Source: Paraspadella gotoi
Lineage: Eukaryota > Animalia > Chaetognatha
Direction of reading: 5' to 3'
DNA: 64,000 nt
NCBI GenBank assembly: GCA_051294375.1
Contig: CM119264.1
Coordinates: 20,364,248-20,428,247, forward strand
Position 1 is the stretch's first letter; each line of letters starts with the position of its first letter. The notes beneath the pieces are model-generated. The model ran no database searches. It was not told the DNA's origin and worked only from the letters and a program-made list of their open reading frames with translations. The translations under genes and the position numbers were made by a program. This document shows positions 26,537 to 38,371 of the stretch, piece after piece.

Positions 26537-26787
26537 TGTGGCGAATCCTAAATTCGCCTCCGGTATAGCTTGGTGAAACTCAGCTCGTCCCATTGGCTTG
26601 GACAGCTAAGTACTGGTTCACCAACCGTGAGCTCCCGGTTCAATCCCCTCACGGTCACGCTGTGTGATGGTATCGCCATAAACACGCCAGTGACTTGGGG
26701 TGGTCACTGCAGGTCCAAAGCCCTGAGCGCCAGCTATCGGGAGAGGCCTCACACCCCAGGCATCTCTCATTTCCCTCCTTTGCCATA
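26537..26787 (+). mobile_element. Solo-LTR-like repeat family F with tRNA-like module
   Basis: TGTGGCGAA...TTGCCATA termini, perfect 4-bp TSD ATAT, B-box GGTTCAATCCC, second copy at 57832-58089. Confidence 0.8.
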
Positions 26788-29700
26788 ATATATAAGTTTA
26801 TTTAGGAAGCCATTTAGCAACTTTAAGGATTGTTCTGTCAGTTTTGATCGTAATTTTGTCAAGTATGCTTATTAATAAATAATTAATAATTATTTAATAA
26901 TTAATTAATAAATAAATAAATAAATCCCCTTTTACCTTTTCACCGACGCTGATAACGCGAAAAAGGTAGCCAATTTTTAAATTCAAAAATTTTATGTACC
27001 GCTAAATTGCAGAAATATCACGATGTAGTTTTTATTAAGTAATTTTTTGAGGGGATTCAGTGAAGTTTATGAAAGTATAATTTCCTAGTTTTATATAGTT
27101 AAAAAGGGAAAAAGCAAGTAAATGACAAAAAGACTATCTACATACCCATGAACACATACAGGTTGACAAAAACACAGACGTATCGTTATTGTCCCATTGC
27201 GTAACGGCAAAAAAAAAAAAAAAAAAAATCCCAGGGAAAAATTCGGGCACCTTTTTAGTAATGCCAAAGTCTTGAAAAGATTCCCACATCGAAAAAAAAA
27301 GTTCGAGCTCCCCACGGAAAAAAAATCCACCCTCCCCCCGCCCTTTCGAACCTCTTCCCTCTCTCATCCTCGTCAAGGGAGGCTGAGCCTCTTGAGCCGA
27401 CATCCAAGACTTAACGCAAAGCAGTTAATCGCTCATGTCTTCTTTCCAATTAGTTCGCCTTTCATGAACTCCGGCTTTCAGTTCCATCGAAGAGTATGAT
27501 TCACTTTAGTTGACAGTCTATTTTTATCTTATTGAAGGTTTGCTTATTATCCTCTACTAATTTTAGATAATATATAAAGATAAAGATAAAGATAAAATTA
27601 AAATATATAACTATTTTCATCTTTTTTTTTTGCAAGACAATTTAATATATATATATAAATATAATATATATATATATATATATACATAGACTTGAGGCTT
27701 GCACGATTGACCAAATTTAAAAAAAAAATCCTGACCAGGCAGACTTATAAACATATTTATTATTATTAATATTTAACTATTAATATTATTCAAGAAGTTT
27801 TTTTTGTGTCAATCTTTAGCGGGCTCTTGGGACACACACCTGGTAACTTTCAAAAAAGCAGTATCTCTTGCTTATTTAACTTTTCTATTATTCTCCATCT
27901 TCCTCGGCCAACTACGCCCTTATGTTCCTTCTTGACTCCTCTCACCATTTTTCGGCAACTGCCTTTCTTTCCTCCCTTTCCCCCTCTTTTTTCCATATCC
28001 TTCTTCCTTTACACTCTTCTCTCTTCCTCTTTCCCATCTCACTTACTTGTTCACTCTTTCTTCTTCCCACTATCCCTGCCTTCTTCTTCTATTCCCCAAT
28101 TTCTTTCTTTTTTTAATCCTTCCCTTCTTCCACTTTCCCCTTTCACTGGAAATCGACGCGATGGCGTCGGGCGACGCGAGGAGGTCATCCGGTATTACTC
28201 GTCCGTCGTCGTCGTCCACGACGATGGCGGTGATGATGATGATGACGTTGCGAAAAAGAACGTGACCTGCTGATAGTCGTTTCACTCGACCCGAACACGG
28301 TCCGTGAGTGGCCACCCGATGATCGTTGAGTCAAACGTTAGAGGGGCTTCGCGATTGACCCCGATGTGGCCCAGGAAAGGTATTTCGTTATTATCGTGTG
28401 AAAGTTAATAGTGTACGTCTGAACGTGATCAATTCGTTTCTGGTTTCCATGGCGTCAATACGTCTCTCCTTAATGTCGCACAAGAGAAACAAATGATCCA
28501 CTTTTTTGTCTTCAGAAAAATAGAAATCTGCATTCTCACTAAAATTTTGGTTGCCACCTATAAAACCCGCCCTCCTTCAAATCTCCATCTTTTTGATGAG
28601 ACCAATAAACCCTCACTTTTATGGCATCACACATTTTATTCTATGCTGCCGTCGTGCGAACTTCAATTTTTCATCTTGGGTTTTTTATCCGAAAAAAATT
28701 TTGGAGACGCATCCCAGTTTTACAGTTTTTGATTTTTAAAAAAAATTGTCAAAATATCTAATTCATCACCTTTCAGGAATTTCCTCCTTTTCTCGATCTT
28801 TATCCATTTTCGATTTGATTTTGTTTCTCTTTCGTTTCATCCTTTCTCCCTTGCAGATTTGACTTTTGGCTTTTTTTTTATCCACACCCTCTCTCTCTTT
28901 TTAATATTCACAATCGCGTTTCCTCCCCTCTCCTTTTTTCGCTGCCAGAATCCACACTGAAAAAAATGGCGGGAAATCCTTCTGCGCCCACAACTCAGAC
29001 GACGACAGAGATTTCTCTCATTCCTCCCATCCTTTAAAACTCTTTTTCGTTTTTTTCTTCCTCCATTCCGCGGTCTCCTTTATTTATTACTTACCCTTCC
29101 TTATATTTTACTTCGCTTCGAAAACTAATCAAAAACTAAACATTTGCAAGTTTTCTTAGGTCCATTTTTCTATCGAGTAAATAACGATTCTGCTGATGAA
29201 AGAGCCCTAATTTTAAAATTTAACTTACCTAATTTTTAATATTTTTTGGTCAAATTCTAATAAAATATTGAGACATATTCTCGAACGCAAAAAAAGAAGG
29301 TAAAAAGTGAGGGAAAATCGCTGAATACGATTTACATATATTTACTGAACGTTTTTATTTTCGTTCCGAGTAATTATCTCACGCGTCATGATTCACCATT
29401 CATTTAAATAATAGCGTTTCGTCTCTTCCTCCCTTTCCTTCATCCGTTCTCCTCATCTCCTTTTCCACTTTTTTCCCATTCTCCTTCGCTCCGTCTTTCT
29501 CATGATTTACCCCCCCCTTTTTTTTGCATAACCTGTTCCAGTTCCTATTCTCCATTCTTCCTTTCTACTTCCGCCTTCCTTTCACTTTTCCTTTCTCCTT
29601 TCCTCCATTCCCACCGACGGCCATCTTTTTTTCCTTCAATTTCTTATTCGTCTTTGTCAGGCCCCATCCCCTGATCATTGACTCTTTTGGTTCTTAATCA

Positions 29701-29902
29701 TCCTCGCCATCAGGTCTTCGTCGTCGTTGCTGTCATCATCGTCCTATTTTTCGTCGTCGTTGTTGTCGTCGTCGTCGTCGCAGCCATCTTTAACGTTTTT
29801 CGCAACCTTCATATCGCGTCTCATCGTCGCCTCTCAATTTATGCGTTGTTACCATCTCCATTACCATTTCCGTTACCTTCGCCATTGCCATCTCCATTAA
29901 AG

Positions 29903-30008
29903 CGATAATCACACTAATCAACTCGATTATCTGCCTTACGAAGTTGTGACTGTCCTTGGAAAGAAGATCTTTTCTGTTTGTCCCAAAAACGGAGAAACCT
30001 GTACTTTT
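29903..30008 (+). CDS. Candidate exon DNHTNQLDYLPYEVVTVLGKKIFSVCPKNGETCTF
   Basis: Open frame ending at a GTAAGA donor; the acceptor (AAAG) is weak. Confidence 0.25.
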
Positions 30009-30619
30009 GTAAGATATATGCATTATGCAGTAGGGTGGAGTGATGGAGTGATTGAACATTATTTTTTTACTGCCTATGGACATTTTATTAATGAATTTTA
30101 AATTCTTTTAAATTTTTTTTTAGCATAACAATATAGCAAATTCAATTATTTATGTAGTAATATCCTTATAAAATCGTTAAAATTTAAAATTTTTTTTTTC
30201 ATTTTTTCAGATTTGGATTCGCCGTAAAAAACTTTTATAAGAAACTTTTATAAATATGTTATATAATATTATAAAAAACTCTTATAAAATATGTTATATG
30301 ATATTTTAATGTTTGGATCACAAATAATGACTAAAACGTTTTAACATATATAAGTTTCTACTACAGAGAATAAAAAAGATATGAATTTTTACATTTTTTC
30401 CCCGTTTTAAATGCTGAAGATGACAGAATTATATTTTTGATTCAACTTTTTATGAAGAATCTGAATCTTTAATATAAGTTGTAAAAATTTTTTTTTTTAA
30501 ATTTACTTACAAGTATTGAACTAAGTTCGGAGAAGTGGCTGTCTTTGAATTCTAACTGTCTTGGCTAATTCTGCGCATTCAAGACCAGATGAAATCGGGA
30601 ATAAATGGTGCAGAAGAGA

Positions 30620-30658
30620 CGGTCAAAACGGTCAAAACGGTCAAAACGGTCAAAACGC
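30620..30658. repeat. (CGGTCAAAA)x4 tandem repeat
   Basis: Direct inspection. Confidence 0.9.
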
Positions 30659-31017
30659 CCTGGAGATGATGACGACAAAGTCTCAGTAGGACGACGTCGG
30701 CTAAGGCCAAAGAACGACGAACTACGAAGCCCAGGACTTGACGAAAGTCTCAGTGATGTCTGATGCTGTGTGTGATTGTTGTGTGCTTGTTAGAAGTCCT
30801 GGGCAAGGAATAACAAAACATTTAATACAAACTCAGCAAATATATATAAGTTTAAAGTATCTTTCTTACTTGTTTCTGAAGCCAATATTAACCAAAAAAG
30901 AATTGCATCTCTCATAGAAAAGTCCACCAAACTAGTTTCCTTAACGGTTAATTTTTCTACATCGTCGTTAACCGTTAAAAATCGTCTTTTTAACCGTTAA
31001 CGGTTAAAATCGGTTAA

Positions 31018-31547
31018 TGAAGAGACAAGTAATTATTGATAAGTGTTAATGACAGAACGTTCAATATAAGCAGTCCCTGAGCTTCGGATCAGGCTGTAAC
31101 ACCATGTTACAGGCGGGTTAACTGCCAGACGACCACCGGGGCTAGAAACCCCGGACCTTTGGGTTGGGAGGCGAATGACTTGCCTCTGGCACCAATGGCC
31201 GCTGATGAACGGTTGGTGGATTTAGGCCACCATACATCCCCCCCTCCCGTAGGGAGAAGTCTGTTGCGTCTCTTCAGTGAATTGTTGTTGGTGGAAAGTT
31301 CGTCACCAAGTTGAGGCATGTCGCCTGATGTGTTGTGGGGCGGAAAGTGCATCGCCAGGTTGAGGCATGTCACCTGAAAGTGTTGTTGTTGCTGTTGTGT
31401 TTGGAAGTCGGCTCACCAATGAAGAGACAGTAATTATTGTTATGTGTTAGTGACAGAACCGTTCAATATAAGCAGTCCCTGAGCTTCGGATCAGGCTGTA
31501 ACACCAATGGCCGCTGATGAACGGTTGGTGGATTTTAGGCCACCATA
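31018..31547 (-). mobile_element. TRIM family C (miniature LTR retroelement); 5' LTR internally deleted
   Basis: LTRs at 31420-31547 and 31018-31234, PBS-like TGGTGAGCCG next to the 5' LTR, PPT GGGAGGGGGGGA at 31237-31248, TSD TTAA on both sides. Confidence 0.88.
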
Positions 31548-32252
31548 TTAATTTAGTAACTCAAGTAATTTTATAATATAAATGCATAAAAGAAGGAAAA
31601 ACAATTAAAACTCTGTATTTAAATCTTATTTCAATACTTAGGATGCAATAATAAAGTAAAGGAAGAAAGAATATACATTGAATTAATGATAATAAACAAA
31701 TCATTGATAGCGATTATGAGCTTGTATCATTTTTTAAATTCAATAACTATAAAGAGTTAAGAGATAAAAAGTCCTGATTCATTTCTCAGCTTAGACTAAG
31801 GTTGGTGGTAAAGTAAGTAGTATAGAATACTATTTTTTTAACTCATGAGGCATTTTAAAGTTGTTTTTCTCAAAAAGAAAGCTTTTTTTAAAAATTGGTC
31901 GTATTAAAGAGGCATCCTCCAATGTATACTCTGATTCCGATTGACCGTGTCCCCTTTCTTTGATGTTTGGCTTAAAGATTCAACAATATATGTCATGGCT
32001 TTAAACAGATACTTAACAGCTTTGGAATGCAAGTTTACAACCGGGGAGTTGTTTTTATGTTTTTTCTTGGAATTATTTATTTTATTTTACACTTTCATAG
32101 AGTTTAAGGCTAAACTCTTTTCAGCCCAAAATTTTCAGAAAAAATTTTTTACTAGACATCAACTTTTCTCATGAGATAGATTCAGTTATTTTTACTTTTC
32201 ACATGAGGTCTTAACTTCTCCAAATCGACCGGAAAAACTTAAAAAAATGTAA

Positions 32253-32689
32253 ATGTGTAATCGTTTCTTTCATTGTGTTTGGTAATTTAGAGAAAATGTT
32301 TGAATGCTTACAACAACGATTTATTTTCTTTAGAGAAATGTACATGTTTCTGCTCTAAATTGCGAGCCTTCATCAGCGTCAAATTGAATTTGATTCAATG
32401 GTAAAAATTTTGTGCTGAAGAAAAAGTGGAGAGAGAGAGAGAGAGGGCAAAGTTTCCAACACAGAGATAGTGGTCAAATAGTGAGGACAGGTTTAAGGTG
32501 AGGACAGGATAATTTAGTTTTGAAGGAGAAAAAGAAGAAGTGAAATAGTGAGACAGTGAGAGAGGGAGAGAGAGACATATTCTTTAGCACAAAATCTTTA
32601 CCATTGAATCAAATTCAATTTGACGCTAATGTAGGCTTGCAATTTAGAGCCGAAATCGTTGTTGTAAGCATTCAAACGTTTTCACTAAA
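32253..32689 (-). mobile_element. Penelope-like non-autonomous insert with inverted pLTR arms
   Basis: Arms at ~32286-32415 and ~32585-32689 are inverted, similar to 40090-40873. Hammerhead motif in the left arm, decayed in the right arm. Confidence 0.7.
32341..32376 (-). ncRNA. Minimal hammerhead ribozyme motif
   Basis: Minus strand reads CTGATGA-aggctcgcaatttagagca-GAAA-CAT-GTA; the closing pair of stem II is imperfect. Confidence 0.6.
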
Positions 32690-34197
32690 AAATTCTAAAA
32701 AAATTTTAAACCGTGAGGAAAATGTTCTCAAAATGTTTCCAGACAGGAGAGAAACCGTCCGTCTTTTTTCCAATCATTAGATATTTTTACTAAGTAAATA
32801 TATAAAAAAAATTCATTTATATAACAAAAAAGGCGAGTCTGTTTGAGTGCTTCACTTTGTTTTAAGAAAAAAATATTTAAAAACATAAAAAGTTAAAGAA
32901 AACAAAATATTCTTTAGCAAAACATCTAAATTAAAAAAAAAAAAATTTAACCGAATTTAACCGTTAAAATAAAAAAATTAACAGTTAAGTTAGAAAAAAA
33001 TTTACACTGTTATTAACGGTTAATTTTTAACGGTTAAGGAATCTCTACACCAAACCAGCGATCACACAAAAAATAAGAGTTCTGAGATATCTAATAAGAG
33101 TTTATATTGCTCTGAAAAGAACTAAAAACCCACTGACAACTTTGAGATCTGAAGATACCACGTGGACAGAATTCGATCAGAATCTATCCGAATCAATCTA
33201 AATCACGGGAACCAATCAGAATCAGCTGTACACTGCCTTCGGAAATCTGTAGTTAGGTATAAACAAAAGAGAGAGCCTAAAGATGTCGCTGCGATCGCTA
33301 GAACGGAGGCATTTTTTATGTCAGTAAAAAGAACAAAAGAGCATCGGGAGAAGGTGGAGAAGCTTGGATTTCATCGTAATATAAAAGATAGTTATTTCGT
33401 AACATTACTATTTTATTAAAATATTACTGCAAATATTTTACTATTCTGTTCCCGAGACAATATGAACAAAATATTTTTGTACTAGTTACTCATACCATCT
33501 CACATCTAAATATCCTTATTCGATCGATCATTCAAATAAATTTTTTGTTCTTGAGTGCTCCACTCTATTATGCAGTCCACAGTTGTCGTCGTCCTTAATT
33601 TGACGCAAACAATAATCATTCATAGTATCTTATATCGTCGTCGTCTTCCGAGTCGTCGTCTTCGTCTTCGTCTCCAACGTCATCATCGTCATTTTCTTTC
33701 CAATTTCTTTCGCTGCGTGAGAAGAATGATTTGAGTTGAGTTTGGGTCAGAGAGACGACCTCACTCAAGCTGCGATCCGACTATAACAGCTGATCATTTC
33801 GGCGCCACGAGACGTCGAGTCGCGTTAAGACCGCGACACACTTACCTCGGCCACTGTAGGATCTTTGGAGGGCCACACTTTCGATTTGTCCTTGCGGGGC
33901 ATTGGAGCCGCTTGGGTAGCCGTCTCGACGAGATCTCTTTTAAGTTCTTACGGTTGCAGAGTTTTTAAAACTGAAGCAGCCAAGGAAAGCAGCATCGGTC
34001 GCGATCTTCGCAAGGACGCGATTCTCACAATGATACGATCCTCATAGGGACGCTGTCTATCGTCGCCAGATTCGTTGCTAACCCAACTTCTCCCTCTATT
34101 TCCCTGAGAAACCTAGAGGGCGGATTCCAAGGGAGAAAAATCGACATATTTTTTTATCTCTTCCATTTCTTCTTTTTATCCTTTTTTTTTCCTACTT

Positions 34198-34200
34198 TTT

Positions 34201-34295
<95 letters not shown>
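34198..34295. repeat. (TTTC)n microsatellite
   Basis: Direct inspection. Confidence 0.95.
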
Positions 34296-34296
<1 letters not shown>

Positions 34297-34626
34297 TTAT
34301 TACTTTCTTATTTCTTTTTATTTATTAGCCTCTTTTTATGGTTTCCTCAAAAAAGCATTTGAGTTGGGAAAGGAAAGATTAAGCAGATATCCAAAACCGG
34401 GTCTGCGAGAAGGAATTCGTATTCTGTCATTCGTGTTCTATCGGTCTCTCTATCACGTCTTTCCAGCTTCTGTCTCCCACTCATCTCTTCTCCGTCTCTA
34501 TCTCTTTTTCTATCTCACTCTCTTTCCTCCGTCCTCCATCCTTCTTTTCAACCTCTTCTTCCTTTCTCTCTTCCCCCCCCTCATTTTTTTTCGCATCCAC
34601 TTATGTCTAACTTTTTTTCTTTCTCG

Positions 34627-34870
34627 TGTGGTGGTATATTCACACCACCTCACGTCCATGATCGTTCAGCCAATACCTTTGGCTCAGAGGGGGAACACAC
34701 CATCACAGGCGTTGTGTTCCATCCACAGTCCTAACGACTTCCCTCTGCGTTGGCAAATCGAGACCGTCCTAGGGAAACCCCGCCACTGACTGGACGCTCG
34801 GAAACCCCCAAAGCCAACAGTGAGATGCCCCATCCCAATGGGCATCACAGGCTGCCCGGCTGTTGCCATA
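34627..34870 (+). mobile_element. Solo-LTR-like repeat family G, second copy
   Basis: Collinear with 15809-16063 apart from a small internal deletion; TSD not preserved. Confidence 0.65.
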
Positions 34871-35586
34871 CCCCCTTCTTTTTCTTTTTTACATTCCGCT
34901 TTTCCTTCTTATGTGTCTCCTCTAAATTGATACGAGTTATCTGCTGTTCCAGTTCCTAAACGACTTGTACCAAAGTCGCGGAAAAAAATGTTTATTTGAT
35001 GTAAAATAAAAAATATTAACTCGCCGTAAATAATAAAAGTTCTTGAGAGTTTTTCGTCAAAAAATTAAAAAGTGTTTTCCAACTGTAGTACTATCCCTGA
35101 ATAATAGGATTTACACTTAATATCCAATAAAATACATCTTTTCCCTTTGGTTTATGGCGCAACCGGCGCCGATTCCATTTTATTTGACGATGATTTAATG
35201 GCGTCGCTGGCGAAAGAAGAATTTTCCATTTTTACTACTTCATCACCTCCTCTTCCTCCTCATTCCTCTCCGCTTCACCACATCCTTTTCCGCCACATAC
35301 TGGACACGGGCGACATGAATTTTTCAATGAGATTTTAAAACGAAAATTTTGATTGTAAAACTCGTCAGCGAAAGAAACGGCCCGAGACTTAAATTAGCAA
35401 AACATGGCGCGAAGTGGTGGATACAGTTTCCATCGTTCTGCAACCAAGGAATTCTCTTCGTACTTCTAATTTAAAGCTCCATAACAGTTAATCTCAGTTA
35501 AAACTTCATTAGTCAACCATCGAGCCTCGTTTTTCATTCGCAACTCATTAATCTCTTCCGGACAGGTGTTGTCGTCGTCTTTGTAG

Positions 35587-35748
35587 TTGTTGTCGACGTC
35601 GAGTTTTCGTGAAGACGCCGTCTTTGCCGGTTTCGCTCAAAGTCCCCGGAGGACGAGACAATCGTCGCGAAAAGTCAGGGTCACCCGTCACCCGTCCCAG
35701 AGTTTCTTTGATTATCAAGGCTCTGGAAAGAAAAAAAAGATCTCCCAT
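35587..35748 (+). CDS. Candidate exon LLSTSSFREDAVFAGFAQSPRRTRQSSRKVRVTRHPSQSFFDYQGSGKKKKISH
   Basis: TCTTTGTAG acceptor, 162 bp phase 0-0, GTAATT donor (alternative at 35767), GC-rich island. Confidence 0.4.
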
Positions 35749-35819
35749 GTAATTTGTATTCCATTGGTAATGGTCTTGTACAAACCGCCGAACTAGGAAA
35801 AAATACAACGTACCGCAAG

Positions 35820-35985
<166 letters not shown>

Positions 35986-36238
35986 GATCCCGCCTACATT
36001 TCCAGGCCCCAGTTCCCCAGTTATGGGTTTTGATTCTGTTTTGCCCAAAAATTTGTCGGAGGGATGTGAATAGAAGGGGACGGACGGATTCGAAATAGCA
36101 ATGGAAAAAATGAGAGAGGGAAGAAATTGGGATGTCACATCCAAAAGAGTAACAAGGAAGACATGGAATTATAGTTATGTTGTAAAGATCACAGTTTATG
36201 ACGTAGGTACTGGATAGTATGGCGTAGGTACTGGATAG

Positions 36239-36900
36239 TATGGCGTAGTAAAATTCCTAAATTTAACTTTAATTAAAATTCTAAAAGAGAGGAACGAACA
36301 ACATTATACTTATGAACATTTATGTAATAAAAAAATTTATAATAAATTGTACAATTTACGCAGTAGGGCCATATTTATACTAGTACTAAACCAATATATG
36401 TTAAAATTTCAAAACAGTTTTTTCTAATATTTTTTTTGCAGATTTGGATTCGTCATAAAAAGTTGATAAAAAGAAATATAACTCTTTTTGAAAAATTCCT
36501 TCATTAAGTAGGTCAAAAATTAGTAAAAGCTGTATTTTAAGCTGAAATTAACTTTTTATATATTAAATATAGTTTTTTGAATTTTTAACCCACTTAATGA
36601 AAGAATTTTTAAAAATGATTTATATTTTCTTATGTCAACTTTTGACGAGGAATTCAAATCTGCAATCAAAATTAAGAAAAGCCTATTTTGAAATTTTTCG
36701 AGTTTATAAGGATAGTACTTTAGAGAAAGACAAAGTTTATTTGTTTATAAGGATATAAGAATATAAGGATAGTACTATATATAAAAAATATAAAATTAAA
36801 AAACATAAAATTAATTTTTTTTACAAATTAATGTTCTCTGATGGTATGTTGTTCATAATTAACTTTTATAATTTTCGTATGAAACTTTCACTACGCCTTA
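36239..36900. mobile_element. hAT-type MITE family E
   Basis: TATGGCGTAGTAAAA...TTTCACTACGCCTTA TIRs, perfect 8-bp TSD CTGGATAG, long imperfect internal palindrome. Confidence 0.85.
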
Positions 36901-37413
36901 CTGGATAGGGATTAAACACGAGTATCTAGTGGCCATGAGCTAACGAATTTACTATATGAGTCACTGGGTCGCCACGAAGGGAACGACATCCATAGGCGGA
37001 ATTAAGCTCACAATTCCCGCCGCATGAAGACATTTTTTTTCGCTGTGAGAAATAGGGCTAAGGACGAAAATAAAACGGAACAAATCCTGGTTTTATGTGA
37101 AATCGTAGGATTTTTCTCTCTTCCTAACAACCTTCATGAAATGTGGGCCTTGTTTCAGATTCCCTTTTTTTTCAAAATCCAACGATCCGTTCAGGGCGCG
37201 TCGCGGAACGAGCCCACGTGCGCACGTGCGCGGTAAGCATGCGACCAGCGTCTCGTTTAGCGCGTGCAATAGAACCACGCGTTAAGCTCGAACGGTCTTT
37301 TTAAACTTTTTAAAATTTTTAATTTTATTTTTTCACCTTTTTGCTAGTTTTAAAAATTTTAACAGCAATTCCCGGAGAATGATCAAAAATCAACTAGTTT
37401 TGTTGAAATTGTA

Positions 37414-38371
37414 CATGGTGACAATTTTACAAGCGCCGGTAGAAATATGCTGTCATTTGCAAACCAGTGGTTATTTCATTGATTTTAAAAATTAGTTGAG
37501 TAGAAAATACTAAAACTATTTATGTATTAAAATTTTATATTGATCAGTTAAGATATGCCTTTACAATGAGTGGAGAAAGTTGGCTTGTCAAATCGGGTTT
37601 CATTTTCCAACTCGCTGTTTTTAAATTTTTTTTTTTGAAACTTTTAGCACTTTTTTAAACAAAGTACTTATTAAAATATTAACAATATTAATATCCTCAG
37701 AAAGCCATTAAAAATATGAAGAGATTGATATACTTACGAGAGCTCTAACATAAAAAGTAAGCTGCCCAGCCTTGGTTCAAGTAAGAGTGTCAAAAGTGAT
37801 TTATTTTAAATTTTAAATCTTTTTTTAAAATATATGACCTGTTTAAATTATTATAATAAAAAATATTATTATTTATATAAGTATCATGAAAGAGGCTGAG
37901 AAAAAAAGATTTAAGATATCCAATCACAATTTGATAAAAAATTATAAATTTACTCTCCAGCTATTTATTTTTAAAAAGACGTCTCGTTTTTGAATATCCT
38001 AATTAAATTAAAGCTGGGCCAGTTAAATTTTTACTACAGTATTCGTAAGTATATAATTCTCTTCATATTTTTAAGGGCTTTCTGAGGATATTAATATTGT
38101 TAATATTTTAATAAATACTTTGTTTAAAAAAGTGCTAAACGTTCCTCAAAAAAATTGAATTTAAAAACAGTGAGATGGAAAATGAAACCCGATTTGACAA
38201 GCCAACTTTCTTCACTCATTGTCAAGGCATATCTTAACTGATCAATATAAAATTTTAACACATAAATAATTTTAGTATTTTCTACTCAACTAAATTTTAA
38301 AATCAATGAAATAACCACAGGTTTGAAAATGACAGCGTATTTCTACCGGCGCTTGTAAAATTGTCACCATG
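37414..38371. mobile_element. Tc1/mariner-type MITE with ~350-bp TIRs
   Basis: TA|CATGGTGACAATTTTACAAGCGCCGGTAG ... CTACCGGCGCTTGTAAAATTGTCACCATG|TA; the arms are highly similar. Confidence 0.9.

Larger units (their letters stand above)
30933..33047. mobile_element. Non-autonomous hAT-type element hosting a TRIM and a Penelope-like insert
   Basis: Perfect 8-bp TSD CACCAAAC (30925-30932 and 33048-33055); termini TAG..TTCCTTAAC / GTTAAGGAATCTCTA; several subterminal AACCGTT/AACGGTT motifs at both ends. Confidence 0.85.

Noticed and set aside
29192-29215. Isolated CTGATGA motifs (also ~16237)
   Set aside because: No stem II/GAAA/stem III context.
31200-31234. CTGATGA on the antisense strand of the family C LTR as a hammerhead core
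   Set aside because: No stem II followed by GAAA and no NUH site in the required arrangement.
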